From Heptranchias perlo (lineage: Eukaryota): DNA of 64,000 nucleotides. The translations under genes were made by a program, and so were the position numbers. Positions within the stretch are counted from its first letter, which is position 1; each line of letters starts with the position of its first letter. Location: positions 14,694,001 to 14,758,000 of the forward strand of contig NC_090330.1 of assembly GCF_035084215.1 (NCBI RefSeq). Reading direction: 5' to 3'. Positions 25,324-38,850 of the stretch are shown piece by piece. The notes below the pieces were generated by a model that did no database searches, had not been told where the DNA came from, and worked only from the letters and a program-made list of their open reading frames with translations.

Positions 25324-27744
25324 GTGCACCATGGAAATCCCTTCCCAGATTTAGGGTTCCTTCTCTTAAATTGGACCCATTTCTTTGGGCTCGTTGGGTA
25401 GGCGCTGTGTTTATTTCTATCTCTTCCAATTCTTCTTTACTGTTTTTTATCCGCTTTGTTGTTTTCCCAAAAAAGAATTTAACAAGAGCTTCTTAAAGTT
25501 GGATGCCCATCTGCTGTCTGTGCACGTTTCCCGAGGGATATTTCATTGTATCCTGCCTATGCAGGAGCTATCGGTATTCGCTCCTACCCATCCCAGACCC
25601 ACAGAAATGAAGAGAAACTCACACCTTTTGGGCCCTCTGTGTCCGGGCCGCCAGCTAATGCTGGTCTGAGCGTGCATGGCCCATTAAATGGCAATCAGAG
25701 TCCTATTAAAGTAATGGGCCCCTGATTTCCATTTTTAATGGGCCTACTGCCTGACTCCAGGGGCCATTCTGGCCACACAACATTAGGTTCTGGTGAACAT
25801 TGCCGCGGCCACAGTGGCAATGAGGTGATAGGTCATTGCCCATCATTTTCGGCGATTTACCGCCCCGTTTCCACCAAGTGGAAGGGCCAAAAATTCAGCT
25901 CATAGAGGTAAGAACATCAAACATGTCAGAAAGGGACCAAAAAACATCCATTCATTCACAGGGGGTACAGGATGGCTGATATGGAAAATAGAAATATTGC
26001 ATTAATTCATTGGGAAGGGCTTTTCTGGAATTGCAATCAAGGCACAATTTTGGGGCAGATTAGAGGGACTCTGAATCTGTATCTAGCTGTGCTGTACCTG
26101 ACCTGGGAATGCTTGATGCCTGAAATTGTAAAGCATTCCATTTCCTTGAGCTAATACCATTTACCTTGACAAGCACAAAAAAATCCACCAAAAGATTAAA
26201 AAGGTCATCCAAGTCGTCTAGTATTCCAGGTGCTTTCTCGGGACACAACGGAACTCTTTTTAAAATCATTTTCTTACTTCAAATGCTGTACTCTACTTCC
26301 CTTCACTCACTGCTGAATCAGGAATTGGTGATGTTCCCTTTTGAATTAATTGACTGAGCTAGCAGTCCACTAGCTTCATTAGTAAATCACTTTCATTTGC
26401 CCCTCAGTGGAGAAGTCCGTGTTTCAAAGCCAACCAAATAATATACTGGAGCTGATTTAGGTATGGGCCCACCAGGAAGTAGATTATTCCTTTAATTACA
26501 ATGACTTTTAAAAGATTATCTGAATCAATAAATGAAATCTCAAAATAGCATTTGTTTGTTTTTCTTAATTAGCTTTTCAGTACAAAGCTGCTTTCTGATC
26601 CTCTTCCATTGCTGCAGTTACTTCTGAAATTATGCAAATTGAGAAAAGATTAGCTGCCAAATTAAACAACAAACTCACCACTGAGACTTTAATGAGGCCT
26701 AATGAGGGCATCGCAATGTAGGTAATACCTCGGTGGTGATCAGTAAAAATATATCATATGACACTTGCATTTGACAGCACATTATTCATATCTGTATTGG
26801 AGTTTATATCTACATAGTCAGAATGTGACTCCACCATGATCCCAGATCTATGGGGACCTCCATATTAAACAGGACCTCTTATGTCTGCTCCAATTTAATG
26901 AGGTATGTAGGAAACCCTATGTCCTTGTTTCATACCCCTCCTTCCTCACATGCAAAACCTAAGTGAGAAGTGAGTGCTGGTATCCCAGAGCGGGGGGCGG
27001 TCCTGATTTTGGGCAGGCAGATAGAGTAAATGAGAAATAGAAACACAAGGAGGTGAACTAAGAGAAGGCAGAAGAAGAGACAGAAAAGCCCAGCAGTAAG
27101 ATTGAAAAAGCAGGAATGTGTTCTTTTTTAAACAAGGTTAATAGACAAAGAAAATCAAAGCAAACAGACTGAAAGGTACAGAGACAAATCAAAGATGACT
27201 GAGAAATATTTTGCCTGTGTACTGTCCATTCACAACTTCTTTTATTTTCTCCTCCTCTGTCCTTGAGCCACCCACAATTCCCTTATAAAAGAGTGGACAG
27301 AGGAGGCAATTACTTCCCTAACTCTGTCCGTGGCCCTCTTGAGTTGATCACTTAGAGGCACATGAAGGTGTCAAAGGGTCAGTTGCTTGTGTGTATTCTC
27401 TTCTTTCCTGTGGGCAAGTCTCTGGACACTTTCTCCTTCTGCCACAGTCAAGATTGAAAATCACAGTTCAGGGGGAAAATAGTGCCCATCAATGAAATGA
27501 TCACAGCAAACTAAAATATGTGAAGGTTCATGAAGTCAAGAATGAATAATATATCGGAAAATAGTAAAAGTACGAAGGTAGAAGGAGGGATGGAAATTTT
27601 GTAAATCTTATTCAACACAGGTGAGGTACCAGAGGACTGGAAGGTTTGTGACATGGTTCCAATCTTATCATGAGGTCAGAAGCATAATTCTGGGAATGCC
27701 TGTTATTTTGATATTTATTAAAGACAAAAATGGCAGAGTCTGTT

Positions 27745-27905
27745 ATCATAGTAGGTACAGCACAGGAGGAGGCCATTCGACCCAACGTGCCTGTGCTGGC
27801 TCTTTGAAAGAGCTATCTAATTAGTCCCATTCCCCGGCTCTTTCCCCATAGCCCTGTAATTTTTTTCCTTTCAAGTAATTATCCAATTCCCTTTTGAAAG
27901 TTACT
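27745..27905 (-). mobile_element. CR1 3' UTR fragment
   Basis: Matches 365-525 (TACAGCACAGGAGGAGGCCATTC...TTTTGAAAGTTACTAT). Confidence 0.85.
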
Positions 27906-28679
27906 ATTTAGGAAATAAATGCAAATAAAATTGATTTATGAAGGACAACCAGTACCTTTTCTCCATTTTCCACTGGACAACCTCCAGCGATATGCCCAGT
28001 GATACTCTGCACCTCAAACAGCTCCTGGACTCACAACTGTCTCTGAACCTGGACATTGGTTCTTCTATGCTCCAAGTTGACTCCACTTTGTCTACAAGTC
28101 AACTTCATCTAATGGACAAGTCTCACTATAGACCGGTAATAATCTAGTTAGCTTTTCTTCAGGACTCACTTATTTGCATCCTTGTTTTCACATTCTGTAA
28201 CAGATACAAAACTGTATTTGAACAGTGCCTGAATATAATTAACTCGAGCAAAAGAAAACCTAACAAACAATTTCAGCTTACAGCAGTAAAAAATTCACAG
28301 CATGTTATTAATATACTGCTGCACACATAAAGTCTGACCAGATATTTTCCTCCACCGTCAGCAAATTACTATCATTTGCAGTATTTAGCATAATGATTTT
28401 GAATTATGTTTCTTTAAGGAGGTCACATGCTTCGCTCATTGCAGGGCAAGTGCTAAGATTATTGCAAAGAAATACTTGTGTATCCTCTGCTGATCTTTCA
28501 TGAAGATGAATATAAAGAATACCTGTGGTCTCTAGACTCTTCGGACTTTGCACTTCCAGCATTACCTGCCAAGAAGGCAAATCTTTGTCTTCAGCTGATG
28601 TCCACAAATGTCCATGTTCACAAGCAGACATTGGAAGTGGATACAATGACTGTTTTTTTTTTCCTCCCTAGTTCAGAGT

Positions 28680-30256
28680 TCATAGAATTATAGAATGGTT
28701 ACAGCACAGAAGGAGGCGATTTGGCCCATCGAGCCCGTGTTGGCTCTTTGTAAGGCCAATCCAGTTAGTCCCATTCCCCCGCTCTTTCCCCGTAGGTTTG
28801 CAAATATTTTTCCCTTCAAGTACTTATCCAATTCCTTTTTGAATGCCATGATTGAATCTGCTTCCACCACCCTTTGAAGCAGTGCATTCCAGATCATAAC
28901 TACTCGCTGTATGAAAAAGTTTTTCATCATGTCGCCTTTGGTTCTTTTGCCAATCACCTTAAATCGGTGTCCCCTGATCCTCGACCCTTCCATCAATGGG
29001 AACAGTTTTTCTCGATTTACTTTATCTAAACCCTTCATGATTTTGAACCCTTCTATCAAATCTCCTCTCAACCTTTTCTGCTCTAAGGGGAACAGCCCCA
29101 GCTTCTCCAGTCTATCCATGTAATTGAAGTCCCTCGTCCCTGGAACCATTCTAGTAAATCTTTTCTGCACCCTCTCTAAGACCTTCACATCCTTCCTAAA
29201 GTGCGGTGCCCAGAATTGCCCAGGCAATACTCCAGTTGTGGCCAAACCAGTGTTTTATAAAGGTTCAACATAACTTCCTTGCTTTTGTACTCTATGCCTC
29301 TATTTATAAAGCCCAGGAGCCCATATGCTTTTTTAACCATTTTCTCAACCTGTCCTGCCACCTTCAAAGATTTGTGCACATATCCCCCCAGGTCTCTCTG
29401 TTCCTGCATCCCCTTTAGAATTGTACCATTTAGTTTATATTGCTTCTCCTCATACCTCCTTCCAAATGTATCACTTCGCACTTCTCTGCGTTAAATTTCA
29501 TTTGCCATGTGTCCGCTCATTCCACCAGCCTGTCTGTGTCCTCTTGAAGCCTATGACTATCCTCCTCATTGTTTACTACACTTCCAAGTTTTGTATCATC
29601 TGCGAATTTTGAAAATGTGCCCTGTACACCCAAGTCTAAGCCATTAATGTATATCAAAAAAGCAGTGGTCCTAGTACTGACCCCTGGGGAACACCACCAC
29701 CTTCCTCCAGACTGAAAAACAACCGTTCACCACTACTCTCTGTTTCCTGTCACTTAACCATTTTTGTATCCATGCTGCCACTGCCCCTTTTATTCCACGG
29801 GCTTCAATTTTGCTGATGAACACCTCCTCTGGGACCCTGGGATTTTCTTTCTCTTGGCCAACTGATAACATCGCTCAACATTTTGTTGTCCAAAGGAGAT
29901 GTGGCACTTTATCAAATGCCTTTTGAAAGTCCATATACACAACATCAACCACATTGCCCTCATCAACCTTCTCTATTACCTCATCAAAAAACTCAATCAA
30001 GTTAGTTAAATATGATTTGCCTTTAACAAATCCACGCTGGCTTTCCCTTATTAATCCACACTTGTCCATGTGACTATTAATTTTGTTCCGGATTATCATT
30101 TCTAAAAGCTTCTCCACCACTGAGGTTAAACTGGCTGGCCTGTATTTGCTGGGTTTATCCTCACACCCTTTTTTGAACAAGGGTGTAACATTTGCAATTG
30201 TCCAGTCCTCTGGCACAACCCCCATATCTAAGGAGGATTGGAAGATTATGGCCAGC
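28680..30256 (-). mobile_element. 5'-truncated CR1 LINE (RT domain and 3' UTR)
   Basis: ORFs 29875-30225 (YRPASLTSV, YMDFQKAFDKVPH), 29185-29481 and 28688-29245; CATAGAATTATAGAAT tail. Confidence 0.93.
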
Positions 30257-31121
30257 AGCAGGAGTTACTTAAATCAGCTGGCATGACTCTACCATCGCCC
30301 TGTTTGCAATCAGGTGACAGCACAGATCAGAGATCAAAGCTGGGATCTTCCTTTCCTGCATGGTTGAGTTTCACCCAAAACCGTGCATGTGCTAATTGAG
30401 TCATCATTGGAAAATGCCATTTAATGTTAATAAGATACTCACACAGTCCCCTGATACAACAACAGGCTCAGGGTCTGCCTGTTTCACATGATCAAATACT
30501 TTGCAATATTTCAGTTGATGTTTCTTATATGGGCAAACTGCTAATTGACACAAATAAAGCATGTTCTTCCTTTGAAGTCTCCAATATGCCTTCCACTCTA
30601 TCAGCTCTCGCAGCACTGCAGGATGTTTTTATGGAATATTAATATGTGTTTTTTGCTTTTGCATCTGAGTTTGTAGGTTTCTGATGTGAGAGTCAATCAC
30701 CCAGGAGATGAACACCTCCTCTGGGACCCTGGGATTTTCTTTCTCTTGGCCAATTGATAACAACACTCAACATTTTGTTGTCCAAAGGAGAGGTATGCCT
30801 TCATCTTATTAAGGTAGAATGCTCATTTTTAACAATTTCCAGGATTTTTTTTCCCTTTGTTTTTTTTCTTTCCATTTCTCCCTCCCCTCCTCCCCTGAAA
30901 GCATTGACTTATTGGTGGGTAAAAGTCCAGAGACAGCTGGTACGAAGCTGAACTGAAGCTTAAGCCTTTCTTTTCCTGATGTCCTCACATGTACAATACT
31001 AAAAGTGATCACTGAATAATGGTTCCCTTTTCTGAGCCAAGAGCACCAAGGCAATTTGCAAGTCTCTCACATTATCCGGTTAACTCAGCAAGGACCACGG
31101 ATCGTACCTGAGTCCTTTCTA

Positions 31122-31770
31122 AGAACATAAGGAACATAAGAAATTGGAGCAGGAGTAGGTCATACAGCCCCTCGAGCCTGCTCCGCCATTCAATAAGATC
31201 ATGGCTGACCTTCAACCTCAACTCAACTTTCCTGCCCGATCCCCATATCCCTTGATTCCCCTAGAGTCCAAAAATCTATCTATCTCAGCCTTGAACATAA
31301 TCAACAACTCAGCATCCACAGCCCTCTGGGGTAGAGAATTCCAAAGATTCACAACCATTGAGTGAAGAAATTCCTCCTCATCTCAGTCTCAAATGGCCAA
31401 CCTCTTATTCTGAGACTATGTCCCCTAGTTCCAGATTCTCCAGCCAGGGGAAACAACCTCTCAGCATCTGCCCTGTCAAGCCCCCTCAGAATCTTGCATG
31501 TTTCAATGAGATCATCTCTCATTCTTCTAAACTCCAGAGAATATAGACCCATTCTACTCAATCTCTCCCCACAGGACAACCCTCTCATCCTTGGAATCAA
31601 TCTAGTGAACCTTTGTTGCACTGCCTCTAAAGCAAGCATATCATTCCTTAGATAAGGAGACCAAATTGTACTTAGTACTCCAGGTGAGGTCTCACCAAAG
31701 CCCTGTACAATTGTAGTATGTCTTCCTTACTCTTTTACTCCAACCCCTTTCCAATAAAGGCCAATATACT
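31122..31770 (-). mobile_element. CR1 3'-end fragment
   Basis: ORF 31349-31639 LEAVQQRFTRLIP...RRNFFTQ; AAGAACATAAG tail repeats. Confidence 0.9.
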
Positions 31771-32939
31771 CAGTTACTCATTGTCTTAAGCAGCTGAGCC
31801 ATGGGTCAAGCCCAAGAATTAATTATTATAGCAATTTTGTAATTTGTTTTCATAAAAAATAGCTTCCTGGGTGTTATACTGAATATTTTCTGCAATAGCT
31901 CATCTGTTTGGAAACCTGAAAAATTGACAGTCTTGGAAATGGGGTTAATGATTTAAAAAGAACACTACTAGTTTCAAAAAAGCTTTCGCTTCATAGGCCA
32001 TAACTTGCAATCGGATCCCCTCAGACCTATTCTTTTCCTTAAAGAGTTCCCTGCATTATGTAGACATCCACAGCTTTTGCTGCCAACAGCTGGTGGCCAT
32101 CCCATGCTATGGCAAAGCCACAATCTCCTTACCATAAGCAGGCAGGCTAAGCATCCAAAGGATATAAATGAGTCAGCGTGTGTAATGCCTGACCATTGCC
32201 TTAAAGTGGAGAAGTACTAAGTTCACATTTTTATCTGTCATCTTTATTTGTGAGATGTTTGTGGTATATATAATTTGTTGAGGGCACATTACTGCACATA
32301 ATCTTAAAAGTACTTGGGTGCTGAGCTAATCACTGGCATTGTAAAACCTTAGATAATGGAGGCTTTGAGTTCATTACTACCATTAAATCATGTAGCTGTT
32401 TACCTTATCTCTGAGTAAAAATCAATTAGTCTTTTCAAAATAAAACTGTTGCCTGAACCATTGACCACACGAGCTTTGAGATGGAGTCAAACGTACAATA
32501 ACAGTTATTCTGAGTGAATATATTAGGCGTTTTACAACATGACAGCCAACCATTGTGTTTGTACTAGTTCCATCGTGATGTGATGTAATATAATCTGTTC
32601 TTCTCTTCCTGTGGAGCACTCCAGTGGGAATTGATACTATTCCCTAATGGTTTGACTAAGATTAAGAGCTCACTGTGCAGGCAAAACACAATTAACTTCC
32701 CCGTGATATTTTTACATTGTGATATTCCTAATCATCAAATGCATATATCCACAATACAGTATCTTAAGCAAACATTAAGTCCATAATAATTTGATCTAAT
32801 ATATACACAGTACAGTATCTCAAACAAATGAATAGTATTAATAGTTATTCCATAAAGGTCTGATCCATAAAATAGACAATGTAATATTTCTGTAGCTGGT
32901 TATAACATGGGAATCACCAGGATCGGAAAAAAACATTTG

Positions 32940-34030
32940 ATTTACTCACCAAATGCTTCTTCAACTCCCTCTTAAAATTACTAATTCAATCAGTCTTAAT
33001 CACCCCTGGGGAGTCCCTTCTGTGTGAAATAGTTAGACCTCATCTGTAGATTCATCTTCCTTCCTTGAAGCTTTACCCCATGCCCCCTCGTTGTCATTCA
33101 TGGGCCATGGTAAACAAATTCTCAAGATTTAACCCTTAAGGATCCCGAATATCTCAATAAGATCCCCTCTCAATCTTCCCTGGTGTAGTCTCTTCTTGTA
33201 GTTGATACCAGGTATCAGACAGGAAGCCCTTTTGTGTGCCTTTTTTGTCCCATGATGTCCTTCCTGCAATATGGTGACCAGAACTGTGCACAGTACTCCA
33301 GATGGGGACGAACCAAAGCTCTGTATAGATTTAGTATCCTGTGATTTGTGTTCTACTTCGTGCGCTATATAATCCAAGATCCTGTTTACCTTATTTACCG
33401 CTCAGACATACTGTGCAGATGGTTTTAATAATCTGTCCACCAATACCTCCAAATCCTTTTCCTGTGCTGTATCCTGTAACTAAAACCATTTAGTTTATAG
33501 TTCCAATATTTATTCTCTTTCTTTATTGTCATTACTTTGCACTTGTCAGCATTGAATTCCATTTGCCATTTCTCATTCCAACTTCCCTATCTGTTGAAGT
33601 CCTTTTGTACCCATTCAGTCTGCTCCTTGATTGTTTGCAGCCTCCTCACTCCTCACTTTGACATCACACCAAATCATTGCGACACAACACGAATAACCAC
33701 ACAGACTTGCCCTGATGACTTCATACTCCTTTATGTGTTTCATGATACTGTTCTTCAGGGCAGCCTCTAACATTTTAGCCACGGCTGATGTCAGGCTCGC
33801 TGGCCTGTAATTTCCAGGACAGTCCTTCTGCTTTTTTTTAAAGATAGGTGTTATGTTGCCTTCTCTTCAATCCTTTGATGCAAATCCCAATTCTATTAGA
33901 TCCTGAAATATCCAAGCCAGAATGTGGTCAATTTCATCAGCCATTTCCTTAAGTATTCTTATGTCAGTCCCAGACATTGCCCTGTTTCAGTGGCTTCAAC
34001 ATTTTCATTACTTCTTTAATTACTGTTGTC
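32940..34030 (-). mobile_element. Old, highly diverged CR1 RT fragment
   Basis: RLRGDLIEIFGILKG, revcomp GAGTACTGTGCACAGTTCTGGTCACC (EYCAQFWSP) and GNYRPASLT remnants. Confidence 0.75.
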
Positions 34031-34200
34031 CTTAAAACTTCCTTCTCATTTCTCAGAAAATCAACAGTCACTTCCAGAAAAAGTCTGCGGTTTCTTCAAA
34101 GTGGCTTGTCCACTGACTAATTCTTCCTTTCCTGCAAGGAAGCACTTGGCCTCTACTCGCCAACTCAAATTGAGGGCACAGTTGAGGCTGGGAACAGATT

Positions 34201-35489
34201 GGGCCAGATTTTGCAGTGAGGCTAACAGTGTTCACCGTTACATCGAGTTACATTGAAACAACAGCACAGAAACAGGCCATTCAGTCCAACAGGTCTATGC
34301 CAGTGTTTATGTTTCACACAAGCCTCCTCCCTCCCTACTTCATATAACCCTATCAGCACATCCTTCTATCCCATTCTCCCTCATGTGCTTACCAAGCTTC
34401 CCCTTAAAGGCATCAGCGCTATTTGCCTCAACTACTCCTTGTGGTAGCGCGTTCTGCGTTCTTACCACTCTTTGGGTAAAGAAGTTTCTCCTGAATTCCC
34501 TATTGGATTTATTAGTGACTATTTTACATTTATGACCACTAGTTTTGGACTCCCACACAAGTGGAAACATTTTCTCTACGTCTACCCGATCAAACCCTTT
34601 CATAATCTTAAAGACCTCAATCAGGTCACCCTCAGCCTTCTCTTTTCTATAGAAATAAGCCCCAGCCCGTTTAGTTTTCCTGATAATTATATCCTCTCAG
34701 TTCTGATATCATCCTAGTGAATCTTTTTTGCACTTTCTCCAATGCCTCTAAATTCTTTCTATAATAAGGCGAGCAGACAGTTATTCCTGTGTAAATTGGA
34801 CAGCAACTTCCAGTGACCGCACATACGCAGTTAAGCGCGGAATCCGAAGTTTCTGTGCCGGATGCCCTGCTCCTCCGTAAGCTCCGCGAAGACGGCATCT
34901 TGCCATCTGGCTCCTCGTTCAAATGAATGGAGCAGCGTGAAGTTCCTGCCCTGACTCGCAAGAAAATGTTAGGGCGTGACCATTCCACTGTAAGTACCCT
35001 TTTAATGACGTGATAAGTTTTAATCACTGCCAAACAATCTCTCTGGCACTGAAAATTAACTTTAACAAGTGTAGAGTCTCATTCCTTCAGATTTTAATTA
35101 TTGTTGGACATTTAAAAGAAAAATTTAAATAAATTTTCATTTTTTTCTTTTTCTTTCTGTCTCTTTTATCTCTGTTTCTTAATTCAATCTTTCTTACCCT
35201 CTCTTTATTTCACTTTCTGTACCTGATTTGACATTGAATTCACTATTCTAACTCTCACTTCCTGGTTCCGTCTCTGCGTGGCTTATTAACATGCTTCGAT
35301 CTGATTGGTTATTGAGATACACAGTTATTGCCCTGTTCACACAGGTCCCAGATGCCCTGTGGAGGGCGCTGCGATTTTTGGATCTCTAATTTAGAGGAAG
35401 TTGCCGCGCAAAAGCTCGTAGAAAGTCTACGGGAAAATGCAACGAACGGCAGGCACCATTGGCTCGCTGCTCACAGCAAAATACAGCCC
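34201..35489. mobile_element. MITE with TIRs, interrupted by a CR1 3' fragment
   Basis: TIR GGGCCAGATTTTGCAGTGAG vs revcomp GGGCTGTATTTTGCTGTGAG (16/20); flanks ATT/GTT; internal block is the reverse complement of that in 54785-55529. Confidence 0.75.
34239..34765 (-). mobile_element. CR1 3'-end fragment inside the MITE
   Basis: ORF 34340-34603 KGFDRVDVEKMFPL...RRNFFTQRVV; TTACATCGAG tail. Confidence 0.9.
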
Positions 35490-36213
35490 GTTGTTACAGT
35501 TCAGGTGTTCTTCCAACACTGATGTCTTGTGTAAACAAGATGTGTCTCCCATGAACCAAAAGTTGTGTGTGGAATAGTGCACCCAGGATTAACCATTAAC
35601 CCCTAATTATAGTACATCAGCGCTCATGCCCACCATATTCTCCTGCCTTCTTCAAAAGGTGGAAAATACCATTCTGCCAGATCAATGTGCACCGGCTAAA
35701 GCTAATAGATTTAATTATAGGTTGAATACATAGAAACAGTAATATTGAGAGTGCAATCCTTAAAAAAAAGACAGCAGAATCATTTCTAAAGGGGTTTAAA
35801 ATTCCTATATTTCTTGCACAGCTTGATAAGCAACAGGACTTTTGGATAAAACTGTCTTTCATAGACCTTCATGACACAATGTTGTATGGGGATGATGCAA
35901 ATTTCCAGTATACATACAGAATTTAGATCTCTACTGAAAACTAAAAAGACAACCTGCACTATGATTTACTACCTGGGAATGCTTTCTTGTTACATCTAGC
36001 CCAATAAAACAATAAACTAAATGGGAGTACAACAGCTCTCTCAACTTGTGAGGTGGGACATTAATGTTTGGATATTAACACCTTCCAGAAAAATTAAAAT
36101 TTGTCCATTCCATAGTCTGTCAATCCACTTACATTAACATTTCAAATGATCTGCTTATTTTTGAAATTTAACAACATTTGAACCACAACTTTGTCTGATC
36201 GACATGCGTTGGA

Positions 36214-37440
36214 GCTAAATTATAAAATTCCCATTCTGCTTCAAAGGACTAATAATTTGATTCACTTGAGTTCAAAGACTACTGCGGTTTCAGCCAGCAC
36301 ACTATCGATTGGATTTCCATCCACTCTATTGCCTCAGGTTGGTGGTATAGCGGCAGAAAGTTCGAGACAATCGGGCGAGAAGACCTACAACGCATCACAC
36401 CCCAACCTCAAGCTGGCTTCCAGCTGCCCCTTCACCACCCAGCGAGCCTGATTTCCCTCCCTCCTGCTGCTTCCACCAATGCCCCCAAGATCCGCCAGAA
36501 GAAGAAGTGGTGGGGTGGGGGGGGGCAGTATATTTTACAGCCAACGTTTTCCTTTCCAGCGGCGTTGCTGCCAAAAGTGTGGTGGACGGAATGTCCGCCA
36601 ACCTGCCCAAGCCAGCCGTGACCCCACCAAATTTTCCTCGATCAGTTTAAGTTAATTAATGTAGGCAGGCTCCTGACAGTATTCCCACCTCTGATTGGGA
36701 ACTTGCCATTGAGCAGATGGGAAAAGGAATGCTGCTGCAGGTTTTAACTGCCCACGGGAGTTTAAAGGGCCAGGCTTCATCAGAAGATCATTTGTGTTAG
36801 AAGTAGGTCACACCTTCCAAGAATGCCACTTACAACTACCTTCCCGCACCGTGCTGCAAGAACTTTAATGTCCATTAATGTCCAAGAGGTACTGCAGTGC
36901 CCTTTACAACCCCAGCTTTCACCTGAAACTATTCCTTCCCTTACAGCATCACATTCATGGATCCCAATAAAAGCCTCCCATGGTATGTAGATGTTTGTTC
37001 ATGTGTACCATGGCAACCAAAGGGCATACATAACAGCAGAAAGATATTGACCACAAATGGTTCATCCCCCAACTTCCAGCCTTTCACCCCTTATGAGGAG
37101 GAAGCTTTGAAGCTCCTGAGGAGGCAGACTGAAGACGGAGTCAGAGACGGGGAGTTGGAGGGCAGGAGCCAAATTTTAGGATTGTCATGACATTCTGTTT
37201 CTCTTCTATCTCAAGCTTTTGGACCACTCACAACCTGACAGCAAGTTACATCATGAGATGCCTCATGGAACTTCTTGCACTGAAATTTACTTGTGAACTC
37301 TGCTTCACATCAACCTATCCTAAACTTTCTTCTTCTCCTCCTCACAAAAAACAAGAAGTAGAAGAGGAAGAAAATCAGCCCTGTCACTCTGCTTGCAGCA
37401 TTATCAGTGCCGTCATTCACCATTTCTCTGTAAAGCACCA
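36214..37440 (+). mobile_element. Highly decayed Harbinger remnant with a Myb gene exon-2-like segment
   Basis: ORF 36957-37190 HNSRK..TTNG...FTPYEEEALKL resembles HNRR..RTAGG...LTSMEETVLAI of the 12748 exon. Confidence 0.45.
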
Positions 37441-37475
37441 GCCCAGAGACACTTTCCCGAGTCACATTAGATAAT

Positions 37476-38140
37476 GGCCCGGAAATTGCTCTGAGCAGCG
37501 AACCAACAGCTCATCAGATTTAAACTCACCCACTAAGTATCCGTGGGCTTTTCGGTGACAACTTCCTTCACAAGCCATGCAGACTAAGAACCAGGAAGTC
37601 TCAGATAGATTAGTAAATTCACTATAAAATCAGTTCGAGAAAGTGAAATAACAAGATGGTAAGTTTAAAGGTAGAGAGATAAAAGAGACAGAAAGGAAAA
37701 GTAAAAAAATTAAAATTTTACATTTTCATTTTTTTTTAAATGTCCAAAAACTATTAATATTGGGAGCAATGAGACTCTACATTTTAAAAAGTTTATTTTC
37801 AGTGCCAGAGAGGTTGTTTGGCAGTCATTAATACTTACCACATCATGAAAAGTTAGTTTAGACCAGTTCAGAGTAGCCCTAGCTTTTTCTGTTTATTTTA
37901 GTGGGTACTTACCGCATCTGAGCAGCAAATTCAGGCTCGTCCATTCTTTTCAGTGGCGAACCGGCCAGCGGGCTGTCAATCCAAGGAACTTTCAGATTAG
38001 TAGGGAATCAGGAAGGGCAATTTCCGGATTTCTGCAATTGACTGCGCATGTGCGCTCTCCGGAACTTGGTCTTCCATTTGCCCTGAAATAACAGTGAGCG
38101 CTGTTCGGTTCTCCATTATTGTTGGAGCGATTTCCGGGCC
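37476..38140. mobile_element. Complete MITE (Harbinger/Tourist-like)
   Basis: TIR GGCCCGGAAATTGCTC vs revcomp GGCCCGGAAATCGCTC (15/16); 3-bp TSD AAT (37473-37475, 38141-38143). Confidence 0.85.
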
Positions 38141-38404
38141 AATAATTAAGTTAGAGGAGAGTACACAGGGTGACGCAGAGAGCATGGATAGGCAGGAGGA
38201 TATGAGGTTAGAAGATGAAAAGGCAAACAGTTGACCACAAGATCAAGAGATATTGGCTGTCACCCGAGCCTTGGGACCCAAATTTCATGGATCCTGCTTT
38301 TGAAAGAAAGATGTGTGCAGAACATTGCACATATGTGCAGGCACTCAGGACAGTCCCTCAGAATGTGTGGGGGAGGGAGGTCAGTTGGAAGAGTCCATTA
38401 CCCA

Positions 38405-38850
38405 CACCTAGGATGATACCAGAATTGAGAGGTTAGATTGGATAGGCTGGAGCTCTTTTCTCTAGAAAAGAGGAGACTGAAGGGTGACTGGATAGAGGTC
38501 TTTAAGATTATGAAAGGGTTTGATAGGGTAGACATAGAGAAGATGTTTCCACTTGCTGGTGAGACCAGAACTAGTCACTAATAAATCCAATAGGGAATTC
38601 AGGAGAAACTTCTTTACCCAGAGAGTGGTTAGAATGTTGAACTCATTATCACAAGGAGTAGTTGAGGCATCTGGCATAGATGCATTTAAGGGAAAGCTAG
38701 ATAAATACATGAGGGAGAAAGGAATAGAAGGATATGCTGATAGGGTTACATGAAGTAGGGAGGGAGAAGGCTCGTGTAGAACATAAATACCAGCATAGAC
38801 CTGTTGGGCCAAATGGCCTGTTTCTGTGCTGTACATTCTATGTAATTCTA
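38405..38850 (+). mobile_element. CR1 3'-end fragment
   Basis: ORF 38553-38753 NKSNREFRRNFFTQRVVRM; ATTCTATGTAATTCTA tail. Confidence 0.9.

Noticed and set aside
28404-28693. Overlapping short ORFs and minus-strand donor-like sites as host exons
   Set aside because: No recognisable protein and no polypyrimidine acceptor
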